Shown here in pieces: positions 1 through 13,079 of a stretch of 64,000 nt of DNA; the first letter of the stretch is position 1; each line of letters opens with the position of its first letter. The stretch covers positions 248,001 to 312,000 of the forward strand of contig QPMI01000129.1 of the NCBI GenBank assembly GCA_004431415.1. Direction: 5' to 3'. Under the pieces are notes generated by a model. That model saw only the letters and a program-made list of their open reading frames with translations, had not been told where the DNA came from and made no database searches. Origin of the DNA: Cyanophora paradoxa CCMP329 (taxonomy: Eukaryota > Plantae > Glaucophyta). The translations under genes were made by a program, and so were the position numbers.

Positions 1-2398
1 TTGACCTTCACCTCCGCCGCCGCCTTCAGCGCCGCCTCCCGCAGGCCCGCCATCTCCTCCCCGGCGCTCGCCAGGCGCGCCTCGGTCGCCCGGTGCGCCG
101 AGGCCGAGGCCGAGGCCGAGGCGCGGGCCTCGCGGAGCTGGCGCTCGGCCTCGGCGAGGTCCTTGGGGGGGGCCTGCGGGGGGGCCCCGGCGGCCCGCCA
201 GTCGGCCTTGGGGGCGCCCCCGAGCTCGGCGAGCTTGCCCTCCAACGCCGCCACGTCGGCGTCGCGGCGGGCGAGGCGCTCGCGGGCGTCGGACTCGGCG
301 TTGCGGAGCTGCAGGAGGGCCTCCTTCAGCATCTCCACCTCGTGGACGAGGGCGACGACGGCCGGGTCGCGCTTGTTCCGCAGCTCGGTGATCCGCGCCG
401 CCGTCTCCTTGTCGCAGTCCAGCACGAACGGGTCCAGCTTCCGCTCGCTCTCCATCCGCTCCACGCTCCCCGGGGAGCCCTTGCCGGACCCGAGGCTGCT
501 GACCCAGCCGAAGATGCCGCCCCCGGCCTTCTCGGCGCGGGCGGCCTGTGAGGTCTTGAAGGAGGTGGGCGTCGTCGGGCGCGCGGGGGGGGCCTCGGAG
601 GAGAGCGAGCTGGGCGAGCCGCCCAGCGTTGGCTGCGCGCTCGAGCTCCGGTGCGCCGAGAAGGCGCTCTTCGCCGCCGAGTTCGGCGACGCCACACCCG
701 CCCGCGGGCCCGCTGCACCCCCGCCCCCGCTCGCCTCGGCTCGCGCGGGGCGGGGCGGGCGGGGCGGGGCGCACAGGGGGAGAGGGTCCGCTCGCTCTGC
801 GTCCCGGTGAAGTCCAGCTGCCTCCGCGCGTCCGGCGCGCTCACAGCCAGCGGCGGCAGCTGCCCCCGCGTCAGTCGCGCCCGCAGGGGGCGGGCGGGGA
901 GGCGGGCGGACGTCGTTGATCGGGGGCGGCTGGGCGCCGGCGCGCGGGGAGGCGGTGGGGGTCGTGGGGCGGCTGCCGGAGCGGCCCTCGAGCTTGGGGG
1001 TGAGGGGCCGCATGACGGCCTCGGCGGCTGCCGCGAAGATGCGGATGACGGGGTTGCTCGACTTCTCCTCCCCCTCGGCCTCGCTCCCCGGCGTCGAGTC
1101 CGAGCGTCCGCGCTCCTCGCTGATCGTGTCCAGCCCCGCCGTCCCCGCGCTGCCCCCGCATAAGAAGAAGGAAGGAAGGAAGGAAGGAAGGAGAAGGGGC
1201 GGGGGCGCGAGTACTTGAGGTTGCGGACGACGGGGACGAGGCGGGAGGTGCGGGGGAGGAGGCGCCCCTCCTCGGGCACCAGGATGCCGTCCTGCAGGCA
1301 CATCGCCCGGAAGCGGTCGAAGGGCACCCGCAGGCAGTTCAGCATGTGGTAGCGCCACCGGCACAGCGCCATCGCGTCCTGCCCCCGCCCCTCAGCCCCC
1401 GCCCTAGCTCAGCCGAGCGAGGCACGAGCTACCTTGACCGTCGAGACCTCGATGAGGACGTGCACCGGGTCCTTGTTCCGCAGCGCCCACTGCCCCCCGC
1501 CCCGCCCGTGAGCCGCCGCCGGGGCGGGGCGGGGCGGGGCAGGGCGGGGCAGGGGCGGGGCAGGGGGCGGGGCGGGGCAGGGGGCTGGGCGGGGCGGCGC
1601 GCACGTCGTAGTTGGGGCCCCAGGAGTAGTCCCCGTTGAGGATGGGCCGCTTCTCGATGTCCGTCACTGCGCGCCGGCCGCGTCGGCCCGGGCCGCCGGC
1701 GGGCGAGGGCGGGGCGGGGCGCGGACCCTCGCCGAGGAAGAAGGAGACGTCCATGGTGCGGCGGAAGGGCGCGGCCTGGATCTGGATGTCCTGCCCCTGG
1801 TGCCTGCCCCGCAGCAGGCGTCACGCAGGGCGCCGGATGAGCAGCACCTCCCGGGCCCGCGCGCCGGCGCACCAGATGACGGAGTTGGGGCGGCGGATGA
1901 CGAACTTGAAGCGCATCGGGAAGTCCTCCTTCGACACGTGCACGAAGACCACGCCGTCCCCTGGCGCACGCCAGCCGTCGGGCCGCCGCCGGAGGAACGG
2001 GGCCGGCGGGCGGCGCACCGGGGACCTGCGCGGCCTCCTGGAGCTGCCAGCGGCCCAGCGCGCTCGGGCCGCCGGTGAGGCACGGCATGATGCCCTGGTG
2101 GAGCGCGTCGGACCGCACGACCTTCACAGCCAGGATCAAGTCCTTCTGCGCGCCCGGGGATCACTCTCTCTCCGGCACACGCGCGCGCGCCGCAAGGGAA
2201 GGAAAGAAAAGGAAGGGAGGCTGTAATTCAGTTATCCGCACCTCTTCAAAGTAGCCGCGGAACGAGACCTGCAGACTTCGATGTGAGTCGGGCTCGGAGC
2301 TCAGAAACCGAGCCATATCGCACCATCGGGTCTTTGCCAGCACATTTCGAGCAGTCGATGGGGAGGCCCGGCGCGGGCGAGGAAGGTTTGTCCGCCAT
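1..2398 (-). CDS. Multi-exon hypothetical protein, 3' end runs off the window
   Basis: ATG at 2398 (MADKPSSPAPG). Coding-biased exons (VHVSKEDFPMRFKFVIRR, DAMALCRWRYHMLNCLRVPFDRF) are separated by short introns. No family recognised. Confidence 0.55.
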
Positions 2399-3013
2399 GC
2401 TGGAATTGCGACGGGGCTGAAGAACGAAACGCTTCACGGAACCGCCGAAACCGCGAGCCTGGAGAGCATTTGTGATATCAGAAAGAAGCGGCCGGATAGA
2501 AGGGAAAGTATGCTGGTCGCCCTCCTAAGCGCGGTTGCCTCGCGCAACTCTCGGGCTCGGAAACTTCCGGCCAGGCTCGGGGGGCGGCGAGGCGACAAGG
2601 TCTAGTGCACAAACCTGAGCTAGCTCCGAATCAGAAACCGTGGACAGCCCGCGTGGCCGGTTAGGAACCGTCAAGGCTCAATCAGCACCGGGGGTACTGT
2701 CGACGAGAGTTCGAGACCTCGCGGCTGAGAGAAGAGGAGGCGAAGGAGCTCTTCTGACTCAGTTCTGAGTTCCTATCAAGGGACTCTACGTCTGTTAAGC
2801 TTCCGCGCATCGCGCACCATCAGGTTGCGGGTGTATTGGATCAAATCCGAGGGGAAAGAAGTCCAGGGCGGGTACGGGGCCCAAGAACGATCTGCCGCCG
2901 CCGGTCATGCCGAAGGGAGCGTAGGGAGTGCCGCTTTTGCGGTTTAGTTCATCCTTACGAGCCCAGTTCGCGCGGCATGCTCGGCGGAGACGGAGGCGGA
3001 CGGAGACGGATTC

Positions 3014-5586
3014 ATGCAGAAGCAGAAGCGGGGGCCCAGTGAGACCGCTTCCGCCACATCCACAGCCCATTCAGAATTCGAAGGGAGGCGTACAAGGAGC
3101 CGGTCCCGCAAGGTGAACGCGTGGGGCTCGTGGGCCATACAAGTTTTTGTAGCGCGTGACCTGGCTCTGTCGAAGGCGGCTGGCATGCAGGAGGCCTCCT
3201 CAAGCATGGGAAATCAATCTCTCTCACGTACGCGGGACGTCGACGCGGGAGAGGCCGCGAGAGAGGCCGCGACGTCCGCCGAGATATTACCCGAGACCGG
3301 CGCCGAGAACCTGCGGTACGAGCGCCAGCCCGCTCAGACCAGTTTGGATGAACGTACTTACGCCGAAACAGCTTTGAGAACTTCCCTCTCCTGCCCGCGG
3401 ACCTGCAGCACCTCGTTCTCTCATTTCTGCCTCCGGAGACGCTCTGCCGGTTTGTCCCCGGCCAGGCCCCTCTCGGATTCCATCTAGACTCAGAAGAATT
3501 ATTTGCATCGTCAAACAACGCACTCCACCGATCGCGACTCACGGCGCGCTGCCGGCTGTTTCTGAAACGGCTGGTGTCTGCTCGGGCGGGCGCAGGGCGG
3601 AGCAGGTGTCGAAGCACGTGCGGGAGCTGGTCCTGAGCGACGCGCCGTGGAGCCTGTGGGAGGTGTCAGTGCGGCGGGAGGTCAAGGGCCGGCGCGGGGA
3701 GCTGCTGCGGAGCCTGCCGCCCGACCTCGCGCGCGCCCTCCTCGACGACCAGTTCGACGAGAAGGACGCCTCCACCGACAACTGGCGCGGTGCGCTCCTC
3801 TTCCCCCGCCGCCTCCCGCCCCGGGGCCCACGCTGATGCGCGCGCGGGGTACGCGGCGCGCAGGGCTCTACCGGCGGATCAAGGGCCACGGGCAGGTGGA
3901 GGCGCGCCTGCGGACGGGCACGCCCCGCGTCGGCTTCCCCGCGGGCCCCTTCCGCGGCCCGCCGCACCAGTCCACCATCTGGCGCGTCAGCCTGCGCGGC
4001 CGCCGGTCCGCCCGCCCGCCCCTCACCAACGCTCAGCGGCACCCCGCTGAGCCGTCGCAGCTTCCTCTCCTCCTCGCACGACGGGACGGCCATCGTGTGG
4101 GAGTTCCGCGAGCAGGAGGCCGGGCAGGCGGCTGCTCCTGCGCCGGCCGCGGGGGCGGGGGCGGGGGCGGCGGGGGCGGGGCCATCGGGCGGGGACGCCG
4201 TGATCAACGAGGACGAGGGGGCGGGGGAGGACGACGACGAGGCCGACGAGGACTACCGCCCCGAGGAGGACGACGAGGAGGAGGAGGAAGAGGAGGCGGC
4301 CTCCGCGTCCGCCGGCAGCAGCGGCGGCCCGCCCGAGGGCCCCACCGGCGCCCCGCCGGAGGCCGCGAGCGACCCGCCGACGCCAGCGGCGCCCGGATGC
4401 GGCGGAAGGCGGGGCGAGCGGGGCGGAGGAGGGGCGGGCGGGGCGGGGCGGGGAGGGCCCGTGCGTGGCGCGGCACGTGCTGCGGCACACGTCGCTGATC
4501 TGGGGGCCTCGGTGGACGGGACGTGTGCGCGACGTCGACGTGCGTGGACGAGATCGTCGTGTGGGACGCGCGCAGCGGCCGCCGCCTCGCCACCCTCACC
4601 GGCCACCGCGGCGAGGTCAACGCCGTCTGCCTCCGCCGCGCCGGGCCCGGTGCGCCCCCGCCCGCCCTCCCCCCCGCCCCGTCCTTCTGCAGGCTCGGCC
4701 GCGCTGACCGTCGGACGGGGGGGCGGGGCGCAGGGACGCTGGGCGCGGAGACGCCGGAGCCGTGCGTGGTGCTCGTCTCGGCGTCGGACGACGCGACGGG
4801 CCGCGTCTGGCGCCTGCCGCTCGGGCCCGACGGCCTTCCCTGCCTCCCCACCGGCCCAGCCGCCCCCGGGGAGCCGGCGCCGGCCTCGCCCTGCCTGCAC
4901 ATCCTCAAGGGCCACCAGGACAAGGCGCGCGGGGGCGGGCTTCGGGGGCGGCGCGCGGGGGAGCAGCTGAGCGCGCGGCAGGTCTGGGGCTGCTCGATGG
5001 AGGGCGCCCTGTGCGCGACCTCGTCCAAGGACCACACCGTGCGCGTCTGGGGCGTGCTGGACGGGGCCTGCCGCCACGTCCTGCGCGGCCACGTGCGCGG
5101 CGTGCTCTTCTGCAGCCTGCACGGCGACGTCCTCGCCTCGTGCTCCCATGACGCCACGGTCCGCGTCTGGGACCTCCGCACCGGCGAGTGCACCGCCGTC
5201 CTCCGCGGCCACCGCAACAGGCGAGCCCCGACCCGCCCCGGCCCGGCCCGATCGCGATCCGATCCCATCTGATTTGAGGCGGGGGCAGCGTGTACGACGT
5301 GAGCGTGCAGGGGCGGCTGGCGGTGAGCGCCTCGGTGGACGGGATCCGCGTGTGGGACGTTGCCTCGGGCACCCTCGTCCGCCGCTTCGCGGACTTCCCC
5401 AACGTCACTTCGGTCTCCCTCTACGGTGCCCCGCCCCCTCCCGCCCCTCCCGCCCCCTTCCGCCCCGGCCGCTCCGGCCCCCCGCCTGAGCGCCGCGCCC
5501 GCTCTCGCGTGGGCCCCGCAGGCCTGCACATGGTGAGCGCCCACTCGGACTTCAACGGCGACGTCCTCCGCCTCTGGCGCTTCTGA
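3014..5586 (+). CDS. F-box/WD40-repeat protein (spliced)
   Basis: F-box-like LVLSFLPPETLCR|VSKHVRELV. WD repeats LTGHRGEVNAV, SASDDATGRVW, TSSKDHTVRVW, LRGHVRGV...SCSHDATVRVWD. Stop at 5586. Start may instead be the downstream MGNQSLS ATG (~3207). Confidence 0.8.
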
Positions 5587-5830
5587 GGGCCCCCCGCGCC
5601 CGGGCCCCCGCGCGCCGTGCGCCCCTCTCCACGGCGGTCGGCCCCAGCCATCCCGCAACGATTCGAGCTCTTCTCGCCATTTCCCCTGTATAGCACTTTT
5701 CAGACGTTTGTCCGGACTGCTCCGCAGCTCCAGCCGCGGCGGGGACGTTGTTTAGATCACTTCCGCTCGCTTCCGGTCTCTCGTTCTTGTTTCAGCCATC
5801 TCCTCGGGCTCTGCATGGCAAGCAGTCCCG

Positions 5831-5955
5831 CATAATCACTTGACCTAGTTTGGTAGGTACGGTACTTGCGCACTTGACAATGTTCGCCTTCCGCTGGCGC
5901 GCGCACGCCAATTAAAGCGGCCCCACATAATCACTTGACCTAGTTTGGTAGGTAC
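5831..5955. repeat. 30-bp exact direct repeat
   Basis: cataatcacttgacctagtttggtaggtac at 5831-5860 and 5926-5955. Confidence 0.95.
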
Positions 5956-6005
5956 TTTTCGCATTTGAGGAGATTCATTCTAGCTATAGCTATATAGACC
6001 GTCGG

Positions 6006-6067
6006 ACCATTTCAGACGCTCCGCACCTGAGCAGGTTCAGTCGCTGTACCATTTCAGACGCTCCGCA
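6006..6067. repeat. 20-bp exact direct repeat
   Basis: accatttcagacgctccgca at 6006-6025 and 6048-6067. Confidence 0.95.
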
Positions 6068-6650
6068 AGGGCCTGAACGTGTTTTCTCACAAAGCATATG
6101 TACATGTATATCATGATCAATTGCAATGCATGAATCAATCGCGCTGTATGAACACGAAGCTGCCCAGCCGGCGCCTGGCAGGCTGTGCATGAGCTCGCCG
6201 AGTCGAGCCCGGCAGCCGAATACCGTAGTACGTATACCTTAGCAATTGCAAGGACTTGATCATGAGATGTCCAAAATGGGCCGTACGCGTTATGATCACG
6301 GCGTCAAAACGGCCGCGGGCGCTGGCCGCGGCCGCGGCGCTAGCTATAGCTGTGCAGACTGGCGTCCGGCCGAAGAAAGCAGCAGGGACCAGAACCGACG
6401 GCCTAGTCTTATAGCCTGGTAGCCAGCGACCAAAAGGCAGTCGGGCGGCTGCGACGCGCGCGTGCGCGCGCGCGGAGCGCTTGAGCTTCGGGCCGGGCCG
6501 GGCGGGTTCGCTGCAGCTGAGGTCGACATGCCGAACCGGGAGAGGGACTGATGGAAAATGTCGCAGCCTCTATGCTATAGCGCTCGCGCCGCGGTGCCGG
6601 GTGCCCGGCGTGGGCGGCCGCGGCCGCGGAAAACGATTCGCCATCTCAAG

Positions 6651-7043
6651 CTAGAAGTCGGAGACGCGCCCTCCCTTCTCCCAGTCGCCGTATCTGCGCG
6701 AAATCGATCATTACGCATATCGAAGGGAGCTCTGCGCGAGTGCATCGCACCGCGTGGGCTCTGCGCCCGTGTACGCGCCCTTGGGCCCGCCGACTTCGCC
6801 CGTCTTCGGGTGCGGCAGGTGCCACGGCTTCTCAGGCTCCTCCACGTCCAGATCGTCCAGCGATTCCGGCGGCGGGGAGGCCGGCGGCGGCGGCGGCGGC
6901 GAGGGCGCCGGGTGCATCGGGTTCGGCAGGCGCGGCGGGCGCTTCTCGGTCGCAGCCGTGACACCGCTTGCGGCAGCCGAAAGCGGTGCGCGGCCGCTCG
7001 CACGCAGGGATCGGAAGAGCCCGGCGCGCGCGTGCTGCAACAT
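6651..7043 (-). CDS. SDHAF4: Succinate dehydrogenase assembly factor 4 (Sdh8/DUF1674), mitochondrial
   Basis: Arg/Ala/Ser-rich presequence MLQHARAGLFRSLRAS. Signature HPKTGEVGGPKG...EPTR|YGDWEKGGRVSDF* after removing GT-AG intron 6694-6750. Confidence 0.9.
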
Positions 7044-7160
7044 CGCTTCGAATCTGCTGTACCCTGTCCGTGCTGCTGGGCCGTGCATCAAATTTGAGCA
7101 AAACTGAGCAATTCGAGCTATTAAAACAGCGGCTATTCTGCTCTGGTGACGCCGGAGCTC

Positions 7161-9046
7161 ATGCAACGCACCCAGAAGCGGTGCGCGCGCGCCCGCATGC
7201 TTCTGTATATCCTTCGCCACGCCAGCGATAAAAAACGTGCGTAGGCAACGAAGGGACTCAGCAAAGAAAGGCGCAACGGATTCGCGAGCCGCGCTAGAGG
7301 TCCCCAGCGAGCTCGAGCTTCCAGATGAGCTCGTCGCTTCGATAATTGCACTGCTTCCAGCGCCCGAGCGCCTCAGCGCCTCGCTCGTGAATCGCCAGTT
7401 TTCGCGCGCTGTGCACAGTAACGCTGTTTGGCGCGAGCTCACCCTCGAGTGCGGTGTTGTAATCATCGAATTTCGGTGCTCCGCCTCATTCCAATCGCAG
7501 CGTGCGTCTGGGGGCCCGTGGAAGGGCGTGCAGCTTGGCTGTCGGTCCCGTCGACGTGGAGGACGCCGACGATGGGTCGGAGGAGGGCCCGCGCGACGCC
7601 CAGCAGCAGAGCGCGGGAGCCCCGATCCGCCCCCCGACGGCGTCGGCGGCGGTCTCGTTCCTCCGACGCGTACGCGTGAGCGCGCGGCTCGTTGTCGGCT
7701 CCGGATCCTGATGCGCCGCTGCAGCCCCAGCTGCAGCGCGTGGAGGTCCTCGATCTGCGCATTCGCCTCGCGCGGCGCGAGTTCGAGGGCTCCCTGGCGC
7801 GCGATTTGTTCGAGGTCCGCGCTCTGATTTCTCCAGGAGCGGCGGTCGTTCCGTGGCGCTCACTCCCCCCGCAGGCGATCCCGGCGAGCACGCGGCGCGT
7901 TGGCCTGCGCTTCGGCTCGGGAGGGGACGCGGCGGCGGTCCTCTGCGAGGCGGCGGGGCGCGTCGGCGGGGACCTCCTCCCGCGCCTCGCGTCGCTCGCC
8001 CTGCGGCCCGTCACCCCCGCCGCCTTCGAGGCCCTCCTGCGTGCGCCTCCGCCGCCTCGCCCCTCGCACTTGCTTCCCTCCGATCCGCGCCCCGGCAGGC
8101 CTCCCGGCCGTCGGCGGCTGCCCCGCAGAGGAGCTCGCCCTGGAAGGCTGGGAGCGCGCCTGCTCCGCGGACGCCGGCGAGCTGGGCGCCCTCCGCGCCG
8201 GCTTCCCCCGCCTCCGCCGCGCCTCCGCGCTCGCCCCGCGAGACTCCGCCGCCCTGAGCGCCGTCGCCGCCGCCAGCCTCCGCGTCGACCGCCTCATCTT
8301 CGAGGGGGTGCGCGAACCTGGATCGTTGACGGTGCACCCCAGGCCCGCTCAGAGAGGGACGTCCCGCAGTTCGCCTTCTCGCCCCCCGACGCCGCGCTCC
8401 TGCGCCGCTGCATCGACGCAGGCACCCGCGCGGTGCCTTCCGCCCCGCCCCGCCCCGCCCTCCCCGCTCCTCCGCCGAGAGCGCGTCGCAGGTGGAGCTG
8501 CGCGGCTGCGAGGGCCTCGGGCGCCTGGGCGCGGGGCCTCTCGCCGGCCTTCGCTCGCTGCTCCTCGCCGGCGCCCCCGAGGCCTCTCCCGCCGACGACC
8601 GTGCTGCCCTCGCCTGGCTCGCCGGTGACGCCGTCGACCCCGCCTCTGCCTTCCCGCGCCCAGCGCCCCGCCCCGCCTCGCAGGCGCGGGGGCGAGGGAC
8701 GTCGAGGAGGCGGAGCTCGAGATCGGGCAGGGGCTGCTGGACTCGCAGGGCCGCTCGCCGCCCGCGGCGCTCCTCGCCGCCCTCGCCGCCCTCCCGCGCC
8801 TCGTTGCGCTGCGCCTCCGTCTGCGCGTCCCCCCCGGAGGCCCCGCCGTGCTCGCCACAGGCACCCGGGGCGGCTTCCTGCGGGCCCTCCGGGGCCCCCG
8901 CGCCCCCGCAGGAGGAGGCGGCGGCGGCGGCGGGCGCGGTGCTCGCGGCGTGCCCCGCGCTGCGCCGCTTCGGGCTCCTGGGGGCGGGGCCCGTCCACTT
9001 GGGCGGCGCCGCAGCCGCCATCTCCCGCGCCGCCGCCGCCCGCTAG
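7161..9046 (+). CDS. F-box/LRR-like protein (spliced)
   Basis: F-box LPDELVASIIALLPAPERLSASLVNRQFSRAVHSNAVWRELTL followed by LxxLxL-type repeats. Some frame breaks in GC homopolymers. Confidence 0.7.
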
Positions 9047-9158
9047 CCTAGTAGACATAGCCACACTCTTTTTGAACTAGACAAATACACACGCGGACGA
9101 GTACTAGTGCGGTCACGCATGACGACGACGGGGCGACGGGGCCGGGTGCGCAGCCGGC

Positions 9159-12100
9159 TCAGTGCTTGTACGCGAAGTTGAGCTTCACCTGATGTTAGTG
9201 CTTAGCCGGCTTATCGGGTGCTTCGAAGTTGAGCCGAGTGCGCAGCCGGCTCAGTGCTTACCAGGTACTTGATGTTCACCTGAGCCACGTCGTACACGAT
9301 GTACCTTCGGGGTGGGGTCAGGGGGGGGGAAGCAGGTAGGGGAGGGGTACGCCGGTCCGCACTCGTTGTAGAGGAGGGAGCGGCCGCGGTTCGTGTCGAC
9401 GGGGGTACCCGTGTGGGCGACGACCCCGCCCTCCAGCGTGACGTCACCCGCGGGGTCCGGGCCCATCTTCCCCATCCCAAAGGTCGAGTGCTTGCCCTGC
9501 GCCCCCGGCGAGTGAGCAGGTGCGAGCCGAGCAACGCGGTACCCGCCCGGCCGCGCCTTGGGGGCCTTCTCCATGTACTCTGCTTCAGTGATCTCGTACA
9601 TGTTGCCCAGCGCCACCTGGGTACACGAATGCTCGGCGTTCGGATTCCCAAGCAGAGGAGAGGGGGAGTACGCGGCACCTCGGAGAGGAGCATGAGGCCG
9701 GTCGGGTTGCTGCTGCTCGTGGCGCAGTAGTTGGCGCTCTTCGAGACCTGCGCCCCGCGGCGTGAGGCGCGCCGCGCAGCGCAGGGGTACGCAGCGCACG
9801 AGGTCGGCGAAGTAGACGCCCTTGCCGAACCTGGCGCGGGGCGCGTCAGCGGGGGGTGCGGGGGGTGCGGGAGGCGGGGCGGGGCGGGGGAGCGGGCATG
9901 TAGCCGGTGACGGGGGCCTCGGGGGGCGCGATGCGGAGGCCCTGGGAGAGGATGCCCATGAAGTTGCCGAGGCGGGAGCCGTGCCAGAGCAGCCGCTTGT
10001 TCGGGATCTCCGCGGAGGCGGCGAAGCGGTCCCGCTCGCCGGCGCGGTCCACGCGGAAGAGCTCGAGCAGCTCCAGGCTGTAGCTCGAGTGCGTCGGCGC
10101 GTGCGTGTTCCGCACCATCCTGCGGGACGCTGAGACGAGCGCCGGGGGGGCGGGGGGGCGGGGCGCGGGGCGCGCTTGTCGACGAGGTGCCAGTCCTTGG
10201 AGGAGGGGTCGCAGGGGACGATGTCGGCCTTGAGGGCGCGGTACGTGCGGTCGAGGTGGTGCAGCCCCGCATCCGAGTCCTGCCCCCCGTCAGAGGCGGA
10301 GGGAGGGGAGGGGCGCGGGGCGCGGGGCGCACGGAGTCGCCGATGATCTCCTGGGCGATCTCCATGTCGGCGAGCACGGCGAGCAGCTTCAGCGGCTCGT
10401 CCAGCAGCTTCCCCGAGTTGATCACCGGCGGCCGCCGCCCGAACCCTGCCCCCCGCCCGCTCTCGGCGCCCTCCTCGGCGGGGGGTTCGGCGGGCGGGCA
10501 CCGAAGTCGTGGGGGATCTTCATGTAGAACTTGGAGGAGAGGTCCTCGAGGGTGGCCCCGCTCTCCACCGGCCGCCCCGCCAGCAGGTCCTCGATCTGCT
10601 TCAGGATGAAGTACCCCTCCTTAATCTGCCGCTTCGACAGCTTCCCTGCCCCGCCGCCCCCGCGTGAGCCCCGCCCGCCTCCTCCCCGGGGGGCGGATGG
10701 CAGACCGAGGGGCATGCGGCCGACGTCGATGTGCATGGAGACGAGGGTCTGCTCGAACATCGTGCGGTTCGAGATGAGCTCGACGAGGGACTTCACGCGC
10801 GGCTCCAGCTTGCACTCCGCCGCCGGGCCCGCCGGCTTGCCCGCCCCCGCCGCCGCCACCTTCGCCTTCTGCGGGCGCTTCAGAGGGGAGCAGAGGAGGG
10901 GGGGGGCGGGGGCGGGCGGCAGGTCGGGGCGGGGCGGACCGCGGCGTCGAGTTCGTCCTCGTCGCCCTGGTCCACCCCGTAGTCGATCTCAATCAGGTCG
11001 TACTTGCCTGCGCGGGGAAGGAGCGCCGGCGCCGCCCGGCGCGAGCTCGCGTTGGGCTCGGGCGGCGCCGGGCTCGATGGGGCGCGCGGGGCGGGGCGGG
11101 GCGGGGGCACCCTTCTTGTGGGTGAAGGCCTGCCCGAAGACGTTGGAGGTCTTGTCCTTGAACTTGGCGTTGAACTCGGCCTTGGCGGCCTCGATGGAGG
11201 AGCAGGCCTTCGTCGCCTGCTGCCCGGCGACCCCCACGCGGCCCCAGCGCGTGAAGACCGCGAACTTGCCCGGCTGCTTGTCGTGCTCCAGCAGCTGGCC
11301 CCGCCCGCCCGCTCCGTGAGCGCCGCCCCCGCGGAGTCGCAGCGCGCGAGGCAACGGGGCACCTGGATGACGTAGAACTTGTTGTGCCCGGAGACGCCGT
11401 AGCTGCGGGGCGCCGGCTCGGGCGGGGCGAGGGCGAGGGCGGGGCGGGGCCGGGGGCGGGGCACGTGATGTCGGTCTGGTTGAGCATCACGGCGTAGACG
11501 TGCGTCCCGTCGTCGTAGACGTGGTAGCTCTCCTTGTCCGGCGCGTGCTCGTCCTGCCCGCCCCGCCGGCAGCGTCAGGCGGTGCGCCCCGCAGCGCTGT
11601 CAGCGCCCCAGCTCGCACCACGACCGCGCGCCCCTTCCGCACCACCTTCTTCACCTGGCGGGCGCTGGCGCTCGGCCGGCGGGCGGGCCGGGAGCGCTCG
11701 CGGGGCCGATCGAGCCGGGCTCGCGCACGGCGGGGGAAGAGGCGGCCGGCTTCGCGGGCGGCGGCTCGTCCTTCTTGCTCTTCTTTGCGGCCTTGCCCTT
11801 CTTCGCCGGCTCTTCGTCCTCGTCCTCGTCCTCGTCCGCGGCCTTCCCCTTGCGCTTGCCGGCCTTGCCCTTCCCGGCCTTGCCCTTCGCGGTATAGAGC
11901 TCGACGGACCCGGCGTCATCGTCCTCCTCCTCCCCCTCCTCGGCCTGCAGCCGGCCTCAGATCTAGCCCGCTAGGCTGGGCGCGGAGCGGGGCAGTGAGG
12001 GGGGGTGCGTACGGGCTTCACGGCGTGCGCGGCTTCGTCAGCCTTCTTGTCCTTCGACGCCTTCACGAAGCTCGGGGCAACGTAGTGGACGCTGTCGTCC

Positions 12101-12466
12101 AACGTACGTCACAGAGTACCGGTCAACCCGCGACGGACGGGCAGGCGGACCCGGCGCGAATGTCGCCGGCGATGTCCTCCGGAGCGCAAACATAGTGCGT
12201 TGCCTGGACGCGCCCCACCGCGTCAGTGCCCAGCGTACGCGAGGGGAATGCTGGGCGTGTTGCGCTGGCCGTGCACGCCGTACCTTCTTTGTGAACGAGC
12301 GCAGAACCTCCCCGCCCGCCCCCGTGATGATGTCGGAAAGCTCAGACTTCTCGCCGGCGGCGGATTTCCCAAATGCGAATGCCAGGCCGGCCAGGTGGCT
12401 CGATTTCGAGCCCTCCTCCTCGCTGCCGCTCTCCTGCTTCTTGGCCTTGCCTCGGCGCGGCGGCAT
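9159..12466 (-). CDS. Poly(ADP-ribose) polymerase (BRCT-WGR-regulatory-catalytic; PARP1/2-like)
   Basis: N-terminal BRCT. WGR domain (HNKFYVIQ...FTRWGRVG). Regulatory domain ([24 protein letters not shown]). Catalytic [34 protein letters not shown], so the H-Y-E triad is intact. Confidence 0.95.
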
Positions 12467-13079
12467 CGCTCGTTAAGCGCGGAACTCCGACAGCCGAACT
12501 TGCAACGGGGTACACAACGGCCAAAGCTGGGCGCGCTGCGCCGCGCCGCGCCGCGCGGCCTATAGCTAATGCAACCTTTCCGATGTGCAAACGGCTCTTT
12601 GCGGACCAATTCACTCGCTCTTGTCTGGTGCACTTGCACGTGCGCTCGGCCCGGGCGGGCGGCCCGCGCCGCGGCGAGCGCCGGTCCGTGCGCTGGCCGC
12701 TCGTTGTGACATTCCACGTTGCGGTATTCGGATACCCGGAGGAACTCGATTCAAGCACTAGCTCGGCGGATTCGAATTCCGATGTCCTTTGGAGTCCCGT
12801 CCAATCTTCGGACCAGTCGGGCCTCGCCGCCCCGCTGCGGAACTTGAACTGAATTTAGAAGTTCTACACTTGTAGGCAAGCTGTAGCTTAGCACGCCGAG
12901 ACGTGAGCTGGGGCCTGTGGTGCGGCAAGATGGGCGATCAAGACATTAGGTTTTCGAATATTTTCCTGCAAACATCTATCTACGGCACGCGCTGCCGGGG
13001 CCGCACAGCCTGAGCACCGGAAGGGGCGTCGCCGGCATCCAGGGCCGGGACCCGGCTGCAGCTACTGGAGCGCTGCTGC

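Noticed and set aside
5831-6067. Direct repeats with spacers resembling a CRISPR array
   Set aside because: Two unrelated repeats with only two copies each, no cas genes, and a eukaryotic context.
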